Source of the DNA: an uncultured Hormoscilla sp.
Lineage (GTDB): Bacteria; Cyanobacteriota; Cyanobacteriia; Cyanobacteriales; Desertifilaceae
Length of the DNA: 64,000 bases
Assembly (NCBI GenBank): GCA_963921275.4
Contig: OZ001293.3
Location: forward strand, 192,001 to 256,000
Direction: 5' to 3'
Shown: positions 52,423 through 62,861 of the stretch, piece after piece
Numbering within the stretch: the stretch's first letter is position 1
Layout of the letters: each line of letters begins with the position of its first letter
The notes under the pieces: generated by a model
The model's database searches: none
Seen by the model: only the letters and a program-made list of their open reading frames with translations
Told to the model about the DNA's origin: nothing
Made by a program: the position numbers and the translations under genes

Positions 52423-53547
52423 TTAGACAACGGTCATGAGCAGGTAAGCTGTAGTAAATCTGCCGCTTTCGGGCACAAAGCAAAATATTTTTTGTCCCGG
52501 TAGCAGTTTGCCAGAGTTAAACAATTCCTCTAGCATTAGGTAAATGGAGGCGCAACCTGTATTCCCTTTAGTATAGAGGTTGGTAAACCACTTTTCTTCG
52601 GGAATCATGCAATCTGCTTTTTCTAGCAATTCGACTATTTTACTCTTGAAAAAATGAGATGAGTAGTGGCAAAGCAACCAATCTATTTCTCCTGGGGAAA
52701 CTCGACCTGCTTCTATCAATTTTAACCATCCTTCTATGCCCCATTTGATTACCTCATCTAGCAGGCGAATATTTTGACGCAAATTTATCGCTCCGCTGGC
52801 GGCAGCTTCTGCGTAGGATGTATAATCTAACCAGCTTTTGGACGTACTCGGATCTTCGATTCCTGCATACATGCAAACTGGATAATCGCTGGCGTAGGAG
52901 GTTAATTCTATCCATTCTACCTTCAGACTTATGCCGGTGCTATTGGGCCGATCGCGCACTAGTAAAGCACCGGCTCCATCCGATAGCATCCAGCGCAGAA
53001 ATTCCACCTCAAATGGCAATTTTTGGCCGGCTTTGATGCGGGTTTCTGCTTCAAAATTGGTGTGCTTGAACAGGCGGGAGGCTAATTCCGAGGCTACGGC
53101 GATCGCTGTCTTTTTTTTTCCTAACTGAACTTGGGATACGACATAATTTAACGCTGCTACGCCAGCGCAGCAGACTCCTTGAGTTGAAACAATTTCTAAA
53201 GAAGACAATTCTGTCAACTCCCCATGTACCATACTCGCATATCCCGGCAATAATAAATCCGGCCAGCTAGTCGCGCAAGCTAATAAATCGATCGCCGATG
53301 GTTCTAAATCTATTTGCGCTAAAGCATTTCGCACCGCCAGCGCTGCCATTTGGCTATTTGAATAAGTAGTTTTTTGCTCCCTGTCTATGGCATAATAACG
53401 CTGTTGAATGCCGTTACTTTTTAATATCTTTTTTTTCGCTTTCGACGGGCGATCGCCAACTTTACCCAAGTAGTTTTCTATTTCGTCATTACTAATTGGT
53501 TTCCCTGGCATAAATTTCCCTATGTTGGTAATATAAGCGTCGTACAT
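52423..53547 (-). CDS. KAS III-like ketosynthase (StlD/DarB-like)
   Basis: GVCCAG, FLRWMLSDGAGA, CHYSS, KGNTG, VPESGRF. Confidence 0.85.
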   Translation of the reverse strand: MYDAYITNIGKFMPGKPISNDEIENYLGKVGDRPSKAKKKILKSNGIQQRYYAIDREQKTTYSNSQMAALAVRNALAQIDLEPSAIDLLACATSWPDLLLPGYASMVHGELTELSSLEIVSTQGVCCAGVAALNYVVSQVQLGKKKTAIAVASELASRLFKHTNFEAETRIKAGQKLPFEVEFLRWMLSDGAGALLVRDRPNSTGISLKVEWIELTSYASDYPVCMYAGIEDPSTSKSWLDYTSYAEAAASGAINLRQNIRLLDEVIKWGIEGWLKLIEAGRVSPGEIDWLLCHYSSHFFKSKIVELLEKADCMIPEEKWFTNLYTKGNTGCASIYLMLEELFNSGKLLPGQKIFCFVPESGRFTTAYLLMTVV

Positions 53548-53564
53548 ATCAATAATTATTTTAG

Positions 53565-53966
53565 TTAATTAACAACCAGACCAAAGTCGTTGTATACCAC
53601 TGCTGATGGACTAGAGGTTATCCCCGTGTTGGGTACCTCTTGGTCTCCCGCCCATTCCAAACCGTCAAACACATTGTACCAGAGCCATCCACTATCTCCC
53701 CGGCCCTGATGGAACACGTAGATTTGGTCGTTGTATACCACTGCTGATGGACCAGCGGTTATCCCTGTCTTGCGTACCTCTGTGTCTTCGACCCACTCTG
53801 AACCATCAAACACATTGCACCACAGCCACCCACTATCTCCTCTTCCCTGGTGGAACACGTATATTTGGTCGTTGTATACCACTGCTGATGGATCTCCGGT
53901 TATCCCTGTCTTGCGTACCTCTGAGTCCCCGGTCCACTCCGAACCATCAAACACATTGCACCACAA
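53565..53966 (-). pseudogene. Beta-propeller/lectin-like repeat protein, C-terminal fragment
   Basis: Three 46-aa (138-bp) repeats PSAVVYNDQIYVFHQGRGDSGWLW.NVFDG; no convincing start. Confidence 0.65.
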
Positions 53967-54322
53967 CCATCCCCGAGAGCAACCGCACTTTCATTAGCGT
54001 CCCCACAACGCGCCCCATCGTGATTATCGCCCTCAGCAAACCCTTGAGTCACACGCTGCGTTTCTTCGACGAAACCACTCCTAACCGTCGGGCTAAACCT
54101 GCTGGTGTCATGGGGGCAGAAGTTTGGGTGAAGATCGGGGACGCACCGCCGACGAATACAGATGAGTTGAGATTTTTCGGCCTCAATACCCGCACTCCCT
54201 ATATATCAAAATTTGATAGCGAAGATGCGGGCAAAACTGTCTACTATCGGTTGCGCTGGGTCAATCCGAAAGGAAAGCCAGGGCCCTGGAGCGATATTGT
54301 GAGTGGCCCAATTATGCCATAG
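53966..54322 (+). pseudogene. Ig/FN3-like C-terminal fragment, paralog of 32260-32711
   Basis: PTTRP...HTLRFFDETTPNRRAKPAG...YYRLRWVNPKGKPGPWS. Confidence 0.65.
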
Positions 54323-54349
54323 AAAGGCGACGGATCACCAGGACTAAAG

Positions 54350-54483
54350 GGGTGCATCTCATATTTGCAATTATATCTGTAGGGGCGTTTAGCGCAGCTG
54401 CTAGCATTTCTGCGACAATTGATGTCATAAATTTACAAATTTACTATCGAAATGCTTCGCCCGTGCGAAAGTGAGATGCACCC
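54350..54483. mobile_element. MITE with 12-bp TIRs and 9-bp TSD
   Basis: gggtgcatctca / tgagatgcaccc; ggactaaag duplicated at 54341-54349 and 54484-54492. Confidence 0.85.
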
Positions 54484-54589
54484 GGACTAAAGTCCGTACT
54501 ACGAACCGGGGCGGTAAGGACTAAAGTCTGTACTACGAACCGGGGCGATCGCCTATAATTAGAGGAGAGTGGGACAGTACATTGGTCGC

Positions 54590-54722
54590 CTTTGGAGGAT
54601 AACCCTTTGATTACATCCGAAACTATTAAAGACATAGCGAATCAAATTGTAGCCCATTTCGACCCCAGTCAGATTTTACTGTTTGGCAGCTATGCTAGAG
54701 GTAAGGCTACAGAAAATATCGA
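54590..54722 (+). pseudogene. Minimal nucleotidyltransferase (MNT) fragment
   Basis: IKDIANQIVAHFDPSQILLFGSYARGKA then breaks. Confidence 0.6.
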
Positions 54723-54760
54723 TGGTGAATGGAGAATGGAAAGTAAACAATTAGCAATTC

Positions 54761-55411
54761 TCAATTAGCAGAGGGACATAAATCCGATAGCACGCAAGCA
54801 TGACATGCAGGTTTCTTGGCCTGGCAGACTGCTCGACCGTGGTAAATTAGCCGAATAGACCAATTTTGCCAATCAGACTGGGGCAATAATCTGATTAAAT
54901 CTCGCTCAATGGGCACGGGATCCTTTTGTTCCGTTAACCCTAAACGCTGAGACAGACGCTTGACATGGGTATCCACTGTCACCCCTTGATTGATGCCAAA
55001 AGCATTCGCTAACACTACATTAGCAGTCTTGCGGGCGACTCCTGGCAATTGCACGAGTTGTTCCATCTGTTGGGGCACTTCTCCCCGAAATTCTGTGACA
55101 ATCATCTGACAAGTAGCTTGGATATTCTTGGCCTTATTGCGATAAAATCCAGTGGGACGCACTAGGTTCTCTAATTCACTAATTTGAGCGCTGGCGATCG
55201 CCCGGGCATCAGGAAACTGTCGAAACAACTCTGGAGTTACCTGATTTACCCTTTCGTCGGTACATTGAGCAGCAAGAATCGTAGCTACTAGCAGTTGTAA
55301 AGGTGTTTGATAATCGAGAGTACAGCGGGCGTCAGGATAAAGTCGCTGCAAGCGAATCAAAATTTCTAATGCCCGCTGTTCTTTAGCTGACCATTTACGG
55401 GTAATACTCAT
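54761..55411 (-). CDS. nth: Endonuclease III
   Basis: AQCTDERVN, LPGVARKTANVV, VDTHV, C-terminal 4Fe-4S Cys motif. Confidence 0.96.
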   Translation of the reverse strand: MSITRKWSAKEQRALEILIRLQRLYPDARCTLDYQTPLQLLVATILAAQCTDERVNQVTPELFRQFPDARAIASAQISELENLVRPTGFYRNKAKNIQATCQMIVTEFRGEVPQQMEQLVQLPGVARKTANVVLANAFGINQGVTVDTHVKRLSQRLGLTEQKDPVPIERDLIRLLPQSDWQNWSIRLIYHGRAVCQAKKPACHACVLSDLCPSAN

Positions 55412-55501
55412 AGTAGGTAATCGTTGATTGTTACTAGTTCCTCTTTTCTCTCAAACGGGGAAGCACACTCCTTTTCCAAGTATAGTTGTTACCGATGAAA
55501 C

Positions 55502-56290
55502 TTAAAATTCAACAATTACGGGGGCGTGGTCGCTAGGTTTGGGTAGCCTCCTGGGGGTAACATCGATCGTGCAGCTAGTTGCTTGTTGGTAAAGGGTGGG
55601 CGAAAGATAGAAATGATCGATCCGCCATCCCCACTTCCTTTTAAACGCCTGATGCCGATAGTCCCACCAGCTGTAATGTCCTTCTTCTGAGGTGAATTTT
55701 CTAAATGCGTCCCCTAATCCTAATTCTACAATCTCTTGCAAAGCTTGGCGCTCTGGTTCTGTCGTGCCTGTGATTTCATCTGATGGTAAAACTTTCTTAT
55801 GTATATCTCTCGCATCTGGGACAATATTGAAGTCTCCGCCTATGCATACTTTCTCATGTTTGTCAAGCATGTTTTGCAGGTATTCATGTAGGAGTTTCAG
55901 CCAACTGAGTTTATAATAGTATTTATCGCTGAAAGCCGTTGCACCATTGGGAACGTAGACGGAGATCGTGCGACTATCCTCTATCATACCAGTAATTAAT
56001 CGCTTTTGATCGTCAAACTCTCCTACTTTTTCTGGCCCCAGCACCGGCGCCAACCCGACGCTCACATCTGACATGGATTGGCGAGAGATCAGGGCGACGC
56101 CGTTGTAGGATTTTTGGCCCGATATGTAGACGTGATATCCTAGTTCTTCTAGGGGCGATCGAGGAAAGTCGGCGTCTGGGACTTTCGTTTCTTGCAAGCA
56201 TAGCACATCCATGGGATTTTCGCCCAGCCAATCGATCACCTGTGCTAAGCGGGTGCGAATTGAGTTAACATTCCAAGTAGCAATCTTCAT
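55502..56290 (-). CDS. xth: Exodeoxyribonuclease III
   Basis: TWNVNSI, LQETK, GDFN, WWDYR, RIDH, SDHAP. Confidence 0.96.
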   Translation of the reverse strand: MKIATWNVNSIRTRLAQVIDWLGENPMDVLCLQETKVPDADFPRSPLEELGYHVYISGQKSYNGVALISRQSMSDVSVGLAPVLGPEKVGEFDDQKRLITGMIEDSRTISVYVPNGATAFSDKYYYKLSWLKLLHEYLQNMLDKHEKVCIGGDFNIVPDARDIHKKVLPSDEITGTTEPERQALQEIVELGLGDAFRKFTSEEGHYSWWDYRHQAFKRKWGWRIDHFYLSPTLYQQATSCTIDVTPRRLPKPSDHAPVIVEF

Positions 56291-56522
56291 CTGCTTGACC
56301 TCCTATGACTGTGACAACAATACCACAAAAGACTAAATTTATCGTCTCACCGACTTCTCGGGAGTAGGTATATCAGGCCCTGGCTAACCTGGATATTATT
56401 TTATTGGACATGGCTTCCGGATATAGATTTGGACCAGGGAGCAGGAAATAATCTCACAGCGCACAGTAAATTATAGCATCAAAGACTATAATGCCTCAGT
56501 AACCGTGAGGAACCGTGAACAA

Positions 56523-57110
56523 GTGATTGCCATCTATCCAGGAAGCTTCGACCCCATAACCCTAGGTCATCTGGACATCATCGAGCGAGGTGGTCTGCTG
56601 TTCGAGCAGATCGTAGTAGTAGTGCTGATAAATCCCAATAAAACCCCCCTATTCTCGGTATCACAGCGCCTGGAGCAGATCCGCCTAGCGACCCAACATG
56701 TGCCGAACATCACCGTTGACAGCTATAACGGACTGACAGTAGACTATGCGAGAATTCAGCAAGCCCAAGTCCTGCTGCGGGGTTTGCGGGTACTGTCAGA
56801 CTTTGAAGGCGAACTCCAGATGGCCCACACGAATAAAACCCTCTCAACTCAAATCGAGACTGTTTTTCTAGCAACCTCTAACGAGTATAGCTTTTTAAGT
56901 AGTAGCTTAGTCAAAGAGATTGCCGAATTTGGCGGTCCCATAGATCATCTAGTTCCCCAGCATGTTGCAATAGATATTTACCAATGTTACGCCAACAAAA
57001 CCCATCTCAGATCGAGCCCGAACAATCAGCACTCTCCCCTACCCTCCCAGGAGAGTCACCAGAAACTAGACTGGACTCCTACTCAGAAACAGCGCGAACC
57101 GGAGAGATAG
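56523..57110 (+). CDS. coaD: Phosphopantetheine adenylyltransferase
   Basis: [27 protein letters not shown]. Confidence 0.96.
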   Translation: MIAIYPGSFDPITLGHLDIIERGGLLFEQIVVVVLINPNKTPLFSVSQRLEQIRLATQHVPNITVDSYNGLTVDYARIQQAQVLLRGLRVLSDFEGELQMAHTNKTLSTQIETVFLATSNEYSFLSSSLVKEIAEFGGPIDHLVPQHVAIDIYQCYANKTHLRSSPNNQHSPLPSQESHQKLDWTPTQKQREPER

Positions 57111-57667
57111 ATGTTCAGACAGAACTAGAAAAATTGAAGGAACTGATTCTCGACGGTTTCCACATTCCCTTTACCCGATATACGGTGGTAGATGAAGACC
57201 AATTGTTAGATTATATCGATCTAGTGCAGTATAATCTGCCGAAAGCATTTGAGCTAGCAGCGAAAATCATCGAGCGTCGGGAGAAGATAATCGAAGAAGC
57301 CAAAGAATATGCCCAAGAATTGATTTTAGCCGCCGAACAAAAAGCGGCGGAGATGTTGGAGCGACATGAGTTAGTGCAGCAGGCGCAAATGCAGGCCATG
57401 AGGATTAGGCAACAGGTGCAACAGGAATGCGATCTTGCCAAGGATCAGACGATCACGGAGATAGACAGAATAGAAAACCTAGCGCAGCAGGAACTAGAGG
57501 AAATGCGACGCAAGACAATATTGGAATGTGAAGCCATTCAGAGGGGAGCAGATGAGTACGCGGATAGAGTGTTGCTGGATATGGAGCAGCGGTTGAGCGA
57601 GATGTTGCGAGTGCTTCGCAATGGCAGGCAGCAGTTGCATGTCGATCGCCCTTCCGAGGAAATATAA
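56984..57667 (+). CDS. Coiled-coil DivIVA-like protein downstream of coaD
   Basis: [25 protein letters not shown]...NGRQQL; overlaps the 3' end of coaD. Confidence 0.75.
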   Translation: MLRQQNPSQIEPEQSALSPTLPGESPETRLDSYSETARTGEIDVQTELEKLKELILDGFHIPFTRYTVVDEDQLLDYIDLVQYNLPKAFELAAKIIERREKIIEEAKEYAQELILAAEQKAAEMLERHELVQQAQMQAMRIRQQVQQECDLAKDQTITEIDRIENLAQQELEEMRRKTILECEAIQRGADEYADRVLLDMEQRLSEMLRVLRNGRQQLHVDRPSEEI

Positions 57668-57930
57668 TCAATTCAAAATTATCTCATTCAAAATTCTTGC
57701 ACAGAACCAGAGAGGGTTCTAAATGGGAACTACACGGACATCGTTATTGAACAGAGACACCCAACTCCGACGGTATAGTAGCAAAAAATGGATGATAATT
57801 TTCGTCAAATATGTTTTAATGACTGTAGTTAAAGCAGGAAATGCTACTATAGATAGCTAAAAGCTAGCTTCCCTCAAGGTCGCCAGTGACCAACTCCTAG
57901 AAAAGTTCATCTCTTACATTAGAAGATATT

Positions 57931-59052
57931 ATGGCTGTATTTGACAACGTCGCACACCAGCAGAACTATCCCAAGCCATTACCGATTCCAGTAATAACGG
58001 TCAGGCAGATACCATTAACATCACGGGAGATATTACCCTGACGGGGTTGCTACCCCTTATTGAAGAAGACGTCCAGCTCACGATAAATGGGAACAACAAC
58101 ACCATTAATGGCAACGACCAATACTGGCTGTTCTTTGTCAGAAGCGGTGTGGTCAATTTCAATGACCTGACCTTTAGCAACGGCCGGGCCCAGGGAGGCA
58201 ATCGCGGCGGCGGCGGGGCAGGCATGGGCGGTGCCCTGTTTGTCCTTGACGGGACGGTCACGGTGACCGATAGCCTTTTCCAGAATAATAGCGCCATTGG
58301 TGGCAATGGCGGCAACAGTGGAACGGGTGGTAATGCTAATTTTACTCCTTTTCCTCGTAATAACGGCAGCGACGGCAGCGACGGCAGCGGCGGCGGCGCC
58401 GGCGGCGGCGGCGCGGGCATGGGCTCCGCCATATTCGTCCTCTCGGGCGAGTTCAGCGTTTCGGACAGCAGCTTTAACAACAATAACGCTCAAGGTGGCA
58501 CTGGCGCGAACCCCGGCTCAGGTCTGGGGGACGCCATTTTCGCCCTGCACCAGGGCATGCCCAGCACCCTGCCGACCGTGACCCTCACACAGAACCTTCT
58601 CGGGCAATATGGCCGCTGACGATTCAGGAGGCCCCACTCCACCGTCCATCTCCTCGGACACCATGCTGAACAATGACGACCTGTTCGGCAACCAAATCAC
58701 CCGCAACTCCCGTCCTACAAACCTTGAACTCGACAACAGCAGCATTGGTGAAAACTCCCCAGTTAATAGCGTTGTAGGGACTTTCTCCACTACCGACCCT
58801 GACTCTGGAGATAGCTTTAGCTACCCAGTTAGACCCCGGCATGGGTAGCGATGATAACGCCGCCTTCCCATAGAAGGGAACTCACTGCGAACTAACAGTT
58901 CCTTGGACTTTGAGACCCAGTTGAGTTATAGCATCCGCGTCCAAACTACCGACTCTGCTGGAGCCAGTTACTCGGAGGCCTTAACCATTAACGTCAACGA
59001 TGTTGCCGAACCTCCTACAGGCATCAACCTCAGCAACAGTAGCATCGCCTGA
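57931..59052 (+). pseudogene. Gly-rich / cadherin-domain surface protein, degraded
   Basis: GGGAGMGGALFV repeats; cadherin ENSPVNSVVGTFSTTDPD...LDFETQ.SYSIRVQTTD; frameshifts and stops. Confidence 0.7.
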
Positions 59053-59322
59053 CGGCACGCACGCCCGGCCTCCAGGGGACGCCCAACGGGGAACGGCAGA
59101 CAGGTCTAGGAGGGAAAGACTCGCTATCGCTTTTTGGGAAAGAGGGGGACGACCAAGATGGGGTGCTCGAAGGTGCAGAAACCAGCATGTTTAATCTCCT
59201 GCCAGGGGACGGCTACATTGTAGATCGAGGCAATGATAGCTTTAGTCTGATGATTACTGATGGATCCATGCCCATTACTTCCCTGAGCGAAACACAAGGA
59301 CTACTTAATCTTAATGAGGACT

Positions 59323-60190
59323 GTGCGATTCGTTCTAGCCTAACGTGGTCAAACACGGAACGCTAGCCCGGTTTCATTAGCCGGGAACTCTGACCGCATG
59401 GGGGTTAAATTCCCCTCCCCCCAGGTACGGGGGTGACACCGGTCCTCGGTGCTACGAAGCGACATCATCGTGGTGCTAAGCGAGGACTCAAATGTAGGAT
59501 AACTGGCAGCCTAAGCCGGTGACGCCGCTAGGAAAGATATCCAAGGTTAGAGCAGGCAAACATGTGCAAGCCTCGTTATAAGGAACCAGCGAAATAAGGC
59601 TATATGCGCTGGCCTAAAAAGGAAATGGTAGCTAGTATTAGTTTTAGACTCTGGCTAATATAGTACTCAAATAGCTCCCGGGGTATAGTGTGGACCTAAA
59701 GGTATCGCGAAATGTTGTTAGGGAACGAAGTAACCTCTCGTGTGCTGTCCATCAGGACAAGTTAGATGTTAAGCGCAAGCCACGGGGGGAGGGATGGCCC
59801 AAGAAGCGAATGCCCGGGGTAATTCCTGGGATAACATCTACAGTAATGTAGATGATGCTGGGTAGCCAGCGCTGACGTGGGTCGGTGATACTAGGAAGCT
59901 GCTGGAATGAGTAATCCTAAAAAGCCACGGAACTAATCCGAAACGCAAGTGGAGGATAAGGTATGGATAACTGGTAAAACTGACTTGAAAATGGTGATAC
60001 TAACGGTTATCAGAACAACCACTCGCTAAACCAGGAAAGGGAAGAAAAGACAGGCGGCAAGGGCTAACGGAAGTAATTCCTATTAAGTCTACCTATGAAA
60101 AGGGCCTAGTACCCAGTAGCCGATGCGGTGAAAATCGCAAGTCCGGTTCCTCAAGGGAGGGTCGGGAAGCGATTCCCGGCTCGACCCCAT
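59323..60190 (+). ncRNA. Group II intron, ORF-less, both ends present (~868 nt)
   Basis: GTGCGattcg start, D5 agccgatgcggtgaaaatcgcaagtccggtt (1 nt shorter than the 28239 copy), D6 ending gaccccat. Confidence 0.88.
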
Positions 60191-60335
60191 CCTGAATCCC
60201 AGTTTTGATAACCTTAATTTCGATCGGAGTATGGTCTTCCGACCTGCTGAACCAATGACGATCTAAACTGTCAGGAGAGCGGCAGTAGGGTGAGCAGTGC
60301 CCATCCTACTTGGTTAATGGTGGGCGGTGCCCACC

Positions 60336-61649
60336 CTATTTGCTGTTCTTAAATCTTTTTTTTGTGGCCTGAAATGCTTCGGCCATTACTGCCTGTATTC
60401 TCTCCGGATCCGGTCTCTTTCCTCCCATTATGTCCCCAAAGTATACGCAGGCCCCCTCCCCTAATGCACCGGTGTACGCTGCTGCCCAACTGGCCGCGAT
60501 CGCACTCCCGAATCCTGGCACAAATTTGATTAATTCTCTCCCAATCGCCTGGGCTACAAATCCTCCCGCGATCGCACTTACTATTCCTCCTGCTTGCGAT
60601 CGAGTCAGGGTCTGGCCGTACAATTTCCCTAGCAGTCCTACCATTGATACTTGTAATGCCGTTAGGACCGGCATCGTCGCCAAGGGTAATGGCACTGCTG
60701 CTAGGGTGGCCGCGATCACGCAAAAGGCCAGTATGTAACGCCTCGCTACATCCCGGTACATATTGTCAATCTCGGCGATTGCTTCTCCATCTAATATTTG
60801 ATGTATTGCTTGCGCTTCCGCTTCCGGCAGCAGCTCGGCTATGCTATCTCTCAAGGCTTCTAATCCATAAAATACCGGATTGTATCCGTCCTCTTCTAAG
60901 GTGAAGTCCATTAATATTGCCCGATCGCACAGTTGCCCAAATTCCTCTACTATGGCCCCATAGGCCCGCTGGACTTCCTCGTACTCGGGGGGATATTCTG
61001 GATGAGCCTCCCGTGTCCCCTCTTTTGTGCGAGTAGCGCTCCCAGGAGACACAGAGATCCCGGCAGGATAGACTTCATGCAGGCAGGTTACTGCTAGCAG
61101 ACAGGGGATATGGGGATGTTTCTCTCGCAACTGCGTCCCTATTTGCCGCAAGCTCTCCGTGGCAAAATCGTTGATTTTTACTGTTAATATGAGAATCTTG
61201 GCCCGGCCACTCGCCTCTGATAGGTCCCCTAGCAGTTCCAAGACGATCGCCTCTGTCTCCTGGCCCACATCCCCCAGTCCCACTGTATCGGTAAAGATCA
61301 GCAGGGGCAACTCACTGGCAGGATAGGCATAGCGTTCTGTATGCTGGGTGTGGGGCCGAAACCCCTGGCCCACGATCTCCGCTGATACCCCCGTCAGGCC
61401 CCGGACGATGGAACTCTTCCCGGCCTGGGGTTTGCCGATCAAAATGGCCTCTGTGGTCGGTAGGGACCGCTCGACTCTCTCTAATATCTCTGCTACCCGA
61501 TCTTCCCTGACGCTAAACCACTCTACCATCCTCTGGGCTAGGCGATCGACTGGTAAGATTTTCCTCAAGCGTTCTGTAGTATGCTGCCAAACCCCACGCT
61601 TCTGACTCTCCTGCTTGGCATCAGGGTTTGCTTCCGGTTGCTCTGTCAT
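60336..61649 (-). CDS. GTPase with DUF697 domain
   Basis: GKPQAGKS, DTVG; C-terminal PLPLATMPVLTALQ...ELIKFVPGFGS. Confidence 0.85.
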   Translation of the reverse strand: MTEQPEANPDAKQESQKRGVWQHTTERLRKILPVDRLAQRMVEWFSVREDRVAEILERVERSLPTTEAILIGKPQAGKSSIVRGLTGVSAEIVGQGFRPHTQHTERYAYPASELPLLIFTDTVGLGDVGQETEAIVLELLGDLSEASGRAKILILTVKINDFATESLRQIGTQLREKHPHIPCLLAVTCLHEVYPAGISVSPGSATRTKEGTREAHPEYPPEYEEVQRAYGAIVEEFGQLCDRAILMDFTLEEDGYNPVFYGLEALRDSIAELLPEAEAQAIHQILDGEAIAEIDNMYRDVARRYILAFCVIAATLAAVPLPLATMPVLTALQVSMVGLLGKLYGQTLTRSQAGGIVSAIAGGFVAQAIGRELIKFVPGFGSAIAASWAAAYTGALGEGACVYFGDIMGGKRPDPERIQAVMAEAFQATKKRFKNSK

Positions 61650-61769
61650 CGGAATTCATGCCCCATCTCTTTATTCCTGATCCTGTATCTTATCCCATTA
61701 CATCAGCCCGATCGGATGATGGCCTATCCTCCCTGCTCCCTGCTGCCCGATACTGGCGTTACTTCTAAT

Positions 61770-62130
61770 GGCTCGCTTCGCTTTGCCCTTTTCTAGCAGG
61801 CGATCGCAAAATGCCTTAATCACAGGGTTAAAACGCCGAGCTGACATGGCTGGCATATACAATGCCTTGCGAAGCTTAGCATTACCGGTTTTACACAGAC
61901 GTGTTTTGCCTCTAACCGTTGAGCCAGAAACCTGCTGCCTTGGTGTGACCCCAGCATGAGCAGACACGAGACTCGCACTATCGTAAGTGCCAATCTCTAC
62001 TGAGGTTTGTAGTTTAGCTGCTGTCAGCTCACCTACACCGGGAATCGATAGGAGCAACTTCTGCTGGTGCTTCAGATTCTCATGAGTATCTATTAGCTCA
62101 GTAATGAGCTGTTTGATTTGCTCAATCTGT
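61770..62130 (-). mobile_element. IS110-family transposase fragment
   Basis: SIPGVGELTAA, AGVTP..SGSTVRG...KTGNAKLRKALY; no N-terminal RuvC domain. Confidence 0.85.
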
Positions 62131-62192
62131 CCATAGTTTAATGCCTTGTTGCTGTTAGTCATAGAGGATCTCCTGTTAAGTGATTAGTTTTA

Positions 62193-62861
62193 TTATTTTT
62201 GTATATTGCACAACTGCTCTGCCCATTCAAGGTTTTTAACATGAGCAAAGTATGTTTTATCTGTTACAGCACCTATATCGCGCTTGCTCCAGATATTCAC
62301 TGCATAATCATCCAGCCAAAATTCTTCTCGCTCCAACACATCCGCCGGCAACACTTCTGCCCAAAGTAGCTCATCGTTGGGAGTATCTACTTTGACCTTA
62401 AAGCTGCTCTCCATCGCGCTTATCCACTCATGGCAAGCATAATATACGCCGCAATTCACAGTAGCCCAATAATTAGGTATTCGGATAAATTTTGGTGTCC
62501 TGTTTTTGCGGCACATATCTGTAAATGCCTTATCAGGAAATTGAAGCATTACAGTATCCCAATCTACCCACAAAAACTCTCCAAATTCTTTCAACGCCCA
62601 AAGACACATCCAATGCTTCATCATATGTGCCATATTCTGTTGCACATATTCTGGTGCATCGTCAAAAATACGGTATACGTTAAGGTTAAACCCGGCAAGC
62701 TGCGCTGCTGACTCTTGGTTACCGGCGAGGACATAAAGAGCCTTTTTGTATAGCGGGTTAATTTCAATACTCTGAGGAATCTCTTTCAAAGTAACGTCCG
62801 CCGTACTGGCGACTCCGCCGCGCACATACGGATACAGCCCTGCAATCATCGGAATCGACAT
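62193..62861 (-). CDS. Hypothetical protein, GT-A/DxD glycosyltransferase-like
   Basis: K....WAL...FLWVDWD, VNCGVYY, NDE, HVK pattern. Confidence 0.5.
   Translation of the reverse strand: MSIPMIAGLYPYVRGGVASTADVTLKEIPQSIEINPLYKKALYVLAGNQESAAQLAGFNLNVYRIFDDAPEYVQQNMAHMMKHWMCLWALKEFGEFLWVDWDTVMLQFPDKAFTDMCRKNRTPKFIRIPNYWATVNCGVYYACHEWISAMESSFKVKVDTPNDELLWAEVLPADVLEREEFWLDDYAVNIWSKRDIGAVTDKTYFAHVKNLEWAEQLCNIQK

Noticed and set aside
53565..53966. Diversity-generating retroelement TR/VR pair
   Set aside because: These are in-frame propeller repeats, the differences are not adenine-specific, and no RT is present.
58001..58493. Pro/Ala-rich minus-strand ORFs
   Set aside because: Antisense shadows of Gly-rich coding sequence.
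61698..62162. Functional IS110 bridge-RNA system
   Set aside because: Only a C-terminal transposase fragment remains; no RuvC domain or recognisable ends.
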